NCBI GenBank assembly: GCA_965215505.1
Contig: OZ244065.1
Coordinates: 3,104,001 to 3,168,000, forward strand
Direction of reading: 5' to 3'
Source: Capsulimonadaceae bacterium
Lineage (GTDB): Bacteria; Armatimonadota; Armatimonadia; Armatimonadales; Capsulimonadaceae
Length of the DNA stretch: 64,000 nt
The translations under genes and the position numbers were made by a program. Shown here piece by piece: positions 61,893 to 64,000 of this stretch (positions are counted from its first letter, which is position 1; each line of letters begins with the position of its first letter). The notes under the pieces are model-generated. The model did not search any database and was not told the origin of the DNA. It saw nothing but the letters and a program-made list of their open reading frames with translations.

Positions 61893-62111
61893 ATGCACGA
61901 GATGATCAAGCGGGACGGCAACGTCCTCATCGGGCAGGTGATGAAGATGCAGACGGTCCGCAACTCGAACGTCGTGGACCTGGTCGAGATCCTGTGGGTG
62001 GAACACGGCATGATCCGGCTGCGCTTCATGGAGCGCAGCCGCAAGCCCGTGGTCTGGGTGCCGGTTGACAGCATTTTGGAGTTGCGCGAGACGGACGAGA
62101 ACCTGCGGTAG
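61893..62111 (+). CDS. Small hypothetical protein (possible SH3/Sm-like beta fold)
   Basis: 72-aa beta-rich ORF with GC3-rich codons downstream of a strong promoter motif. Confidence 0.6.
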   Translation: MHEMIKRDGNVLIGQVMKMQTVRNSNVVDLVEILWVEHGMIRLRFMERSRKPVVWVPVDSILELRETDENLR

Positions 62112-62213
62112 TGTCATGCGCCCGTGGTTAGACCCGGCCCTGAAGGGCCGGGACAACAGGAGTCGGGACAACAGGAGCCGGGACAGCGGGGCCGCCGCGC
62201 GAAAGGTGCATCA

Positions 62214-62777
62214 GTGAACATCGTCGCCATCTCGGGGAGCCTGCGCGCCGCCTCGACCAACACAGCCCTGGTGCGGGCCGCCGCCGCACTCGCCCCGGAC
62301 GGCATGGACGTCACGGTCTACGGCGGCCTGGCCGACCTGCCGCACTTCAGCCCGGAACTCGACGGCCCACCCGGCGTCGGGGATGCGCCCCCGCCCGTCC
62401 GGCACCTGCGCGGGCTGCTGGCCGGGGCCGACGGTGCCCTGGTCTGCACCCCCGAATACGCCTACGGGATGCCGGGCAGCCTGAAGAACGCCCTGGACTG
62501 GCTGGTTTCCTCGGGCGAGCTGTGGCGCAAGCCGGTCGTCGCCCTCAGCGCCTCCCCGTCCGCGCTGGGCGGCGAGAAGGCCCACGCCGCGCTCCTCTTG
62601 ACGCTGTCCGCCCTGGAGGCGCGCGTCGTCGCGGCGGGGTCCCTGACCATTCCGTTCGTCCGCACCAAAGTCACGAAAGAGGGCGGGATCGCGGACCCGG
62701 AAACCGCGCGGGCTTTGCGGGCGTCATTGGCGGCGCTGGCGCGGGCGGTCGAGGCGGTGCGGGCAGAGGGGCTGTAA
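62214..62777 (+). CDS. NADPH-dependent FMN reductase
   Basis: IVAISGSLRAASTN and TPEYAYGMPGSLKNALDW; GTG start after GAAAGG. Confidence 0.92.
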   Translation: MNIVAISGSLRAASTNTALVRAAAALAPDGMDVTVYGGLADLPHFSPELDGPPGVGDAPPPVRHLRGLLAGADGALVCTPEYAYGMPGSLKNALDWLVSSGELWRKPVVALSASPSALGGEKAHAALLLTLSALEARVVAAGSLTIPFVRTKVTKEGGIADPETARALRASLAALARAVEAVRAEGL

Positions 62778-62846
62778 CGCGGCGAACTCTTTTCCCGCGT
62801 CCTCCGTATTAGAAGGCAAGTATCGGCGCACCGGGCGCGGGAGGGA

Positions 62847-63089
62847 ATGACGATGCACGTTGACGGACAGCAGATCATCGCGCTGGGCATCGTGGCTGTG
62901 GCCGCGCTGGCGGTCGGGCGGCGGCTGTGGCGGCAGGCATCTGCCTTCCGCGCCCGGCCGGGCCGGGGCGATGGCGGCGGCTGTGACGGCTGCCCGAGCG
63001 GCGGCGCGTCCAAAACGCCCGCCGCCCCGCCGCTGATGCAGATCCAGACCAAGCCGCCGGTGCATCTGCGGAGGCCACCGGCGGGATGA
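62847..63089 (+). CDS. Small Cys-motif membrane protein (FeoB-associated Cys-rich-like)
   Basis: Single TM helix followed by GGGCDGCP. Confidence 0.6.
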   Translation: MTMHVDGQQIIALGIVAVAALAVGRRLWRQASAFRARPGRGDGGGCDGCPSGGASKTPAAPPLMQIQTKPPVHLRRPPAG

Positions 63090-63502
63090 GGCGAGAAAAA
63101 GGGCGCGGCAGACAGCGCCCCCACGTTCTGGTCCTGGCGGGCCTTGCGTTCTGCGCCGGCTGCGCCCCCCACCCCGCCGCGCCGCCCGCCGAGGCGCGGG
63201 ACCCGAACCTGAACCTAGCCCTGGAAATGACGCCGCGCCCGGTCACCTCGCTCGACCCTACCGTCCTGACCGTGCGCGTTACGGACAGCGCGGGGAAGCC
63301 GGTCAGCGGGGCGGACATCATCCTGCACCTGGACATGCCGGCGATGCCGATGGGCGACAACGCGGTGGCGGTGCGCGAGACGGCATCGGGAAGGTACGCT
63401 GGGACGGGCCGGTTCACGATGGCCGGGGAGTGGCGCGTGACGGCAGCGGCCGTGAAGGGATCGGGGCGGGCGGTGCGGGTGTTCCCCGTGGAGGTGAGGT
63501 AG
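63086..63502 (+). CDS. YtkA/FixH-like lipoprotein
   Basis: Lipobox CAG-C, VTDSAGKPVSGA, LDMPAMPMG and GRY...FTMAGEW. Confidence 0.8.
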   Translation: MRREKGRGRQRPHVLVLAGLAFCAGCAPHPAAPPAEARDPNLNLALEMTPRPVTSLDPTVLTVRVTDSAGKPVSGADIILHLDMPAMPMGDNAVAVRETASGRYAGTGRFTMAGEWRVTAAAVKGSGRAVRVFPVEVR

Positions 63503-63509
63503 AGACACG

Positions 63510-63983
63510 ATGGGCACATACGAACCGGGCGAATACGGGGATGGGTTTGGGAATGGGTACGGGCGCGAGCCGGGCAGCGTCGGCGGCGGCTGGCTGGGCA
63601 CCTACTCCTACAAAGGGGCCATGGGGACCCAGCCGCCGGTGCGGTTCGAGGCGACTCTGAGCGAGCCGGACGGCGAGGGCAAATTCCGTGGCACCATCCT
63701 CGACGACCACGGGCTGGGCGAGGCGAACGTCGCGGGCGGACAGAGCGGCGCGGGCGTCCGGTTCTCCAAGCGCTACCGCAAGCGCGGGCAGGCGTCCGTC
63801 TCTTACGAGGGCACTTTGGCCGACGACGGGCGCACGATGCAGGGGACGTGGCGGATTGCGGACATGGCGCACGGCGTCTGGGACGCCCGCCGCCTCTGGT
63901 CCGAAGCGGGCGGCGAGGAGGCAGTGGAGGAGAGCGAGGAGCGCGAAGTGGTGCGCGTCCGTGAAGTGGTCCGGCTCGGGTGA
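63510..63983 (+). CDS. Hypothetical protein (small beta-barrel, W.G.Y...FSKRY...YEG..GTW)
   Basis: ORF track; co-oriented with the upstream gene and closely spaced. Confidence 0.65.
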   Translation: MGTYEPGEYGDGFGNGYGREPGSVGGGWLGTYSYKGAMGTQPPVRFEATLSEPDGEGKFRGTILDDHGLGEANVAGGQSGAGVRFSKRYRKRGQASVSYEGTLADDGRTMQGTWRIADMAHGVWDARRLWSEAGGEEAVEESEEREVVRVREVVRLG

Positions 63984-64000
63984 GCGGCGTCCCGGCAGAT

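Noticed and set aside
1-64000. rRNA, tRNA, prophage or autonomous IS
   Set aside because: No such sequences or transposase/phage ORFs were recognised by eye; tRNAscan and ISEScan were not run.

Overview
High-GC bacterial chromosomal segment. The gene families and motifs suggest Armatimonadota (Capsulimonas-like); this is inference only. The left part (1-35.8 kb) is a mixed housekeeping and accessory region. It holds a MoxR ATPase, PhyH dioxygenase, GH130, secretin, cyclase-ATPase-TPR protein, MFS transporter, M16 peptidase pair, M1 aminopeptidase, rpmE-DUF1385-prfA, M48 peptidase, GH43, nadB, GH18, several toxin-antitoxin modules, a transglutaminase-like protein and a Crp-family regulator. 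Its intergenic spaces carry GTAG-type REP palindromes and a ~130-bp TIR element in 3 copies. The main feature is a ~23-kb tandem array (35911-58722, minus strand) of nine predicted exported proteins. Their N-terminal cargo domains are mostly unrelated: double beta-propeller+Ig, beta-helices, triple DUF1559/H-X9-DG-like, a small unassigned domain, cyclophilin, HAF+IPT, and GloVer-type repeats. Every one is fused to the same ~310-340-aa C-terminal module of exactly six ~52-aa Trp-rich repeats ending in ...SAGP-stop. Most members have their own promoter (five sigma70-like, three sigma54-like), and several share a conserved terminator. Two have CRP boxes. The array is flanked by a Crp-family regulator on one side and a FadL/PorV/TraF-like barrel plus a lipoprotein on the other. 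No rRNA, tRNA, CRISPR array, integrase or transposase was recognised. Family names come from motif recognition, not from database searches.
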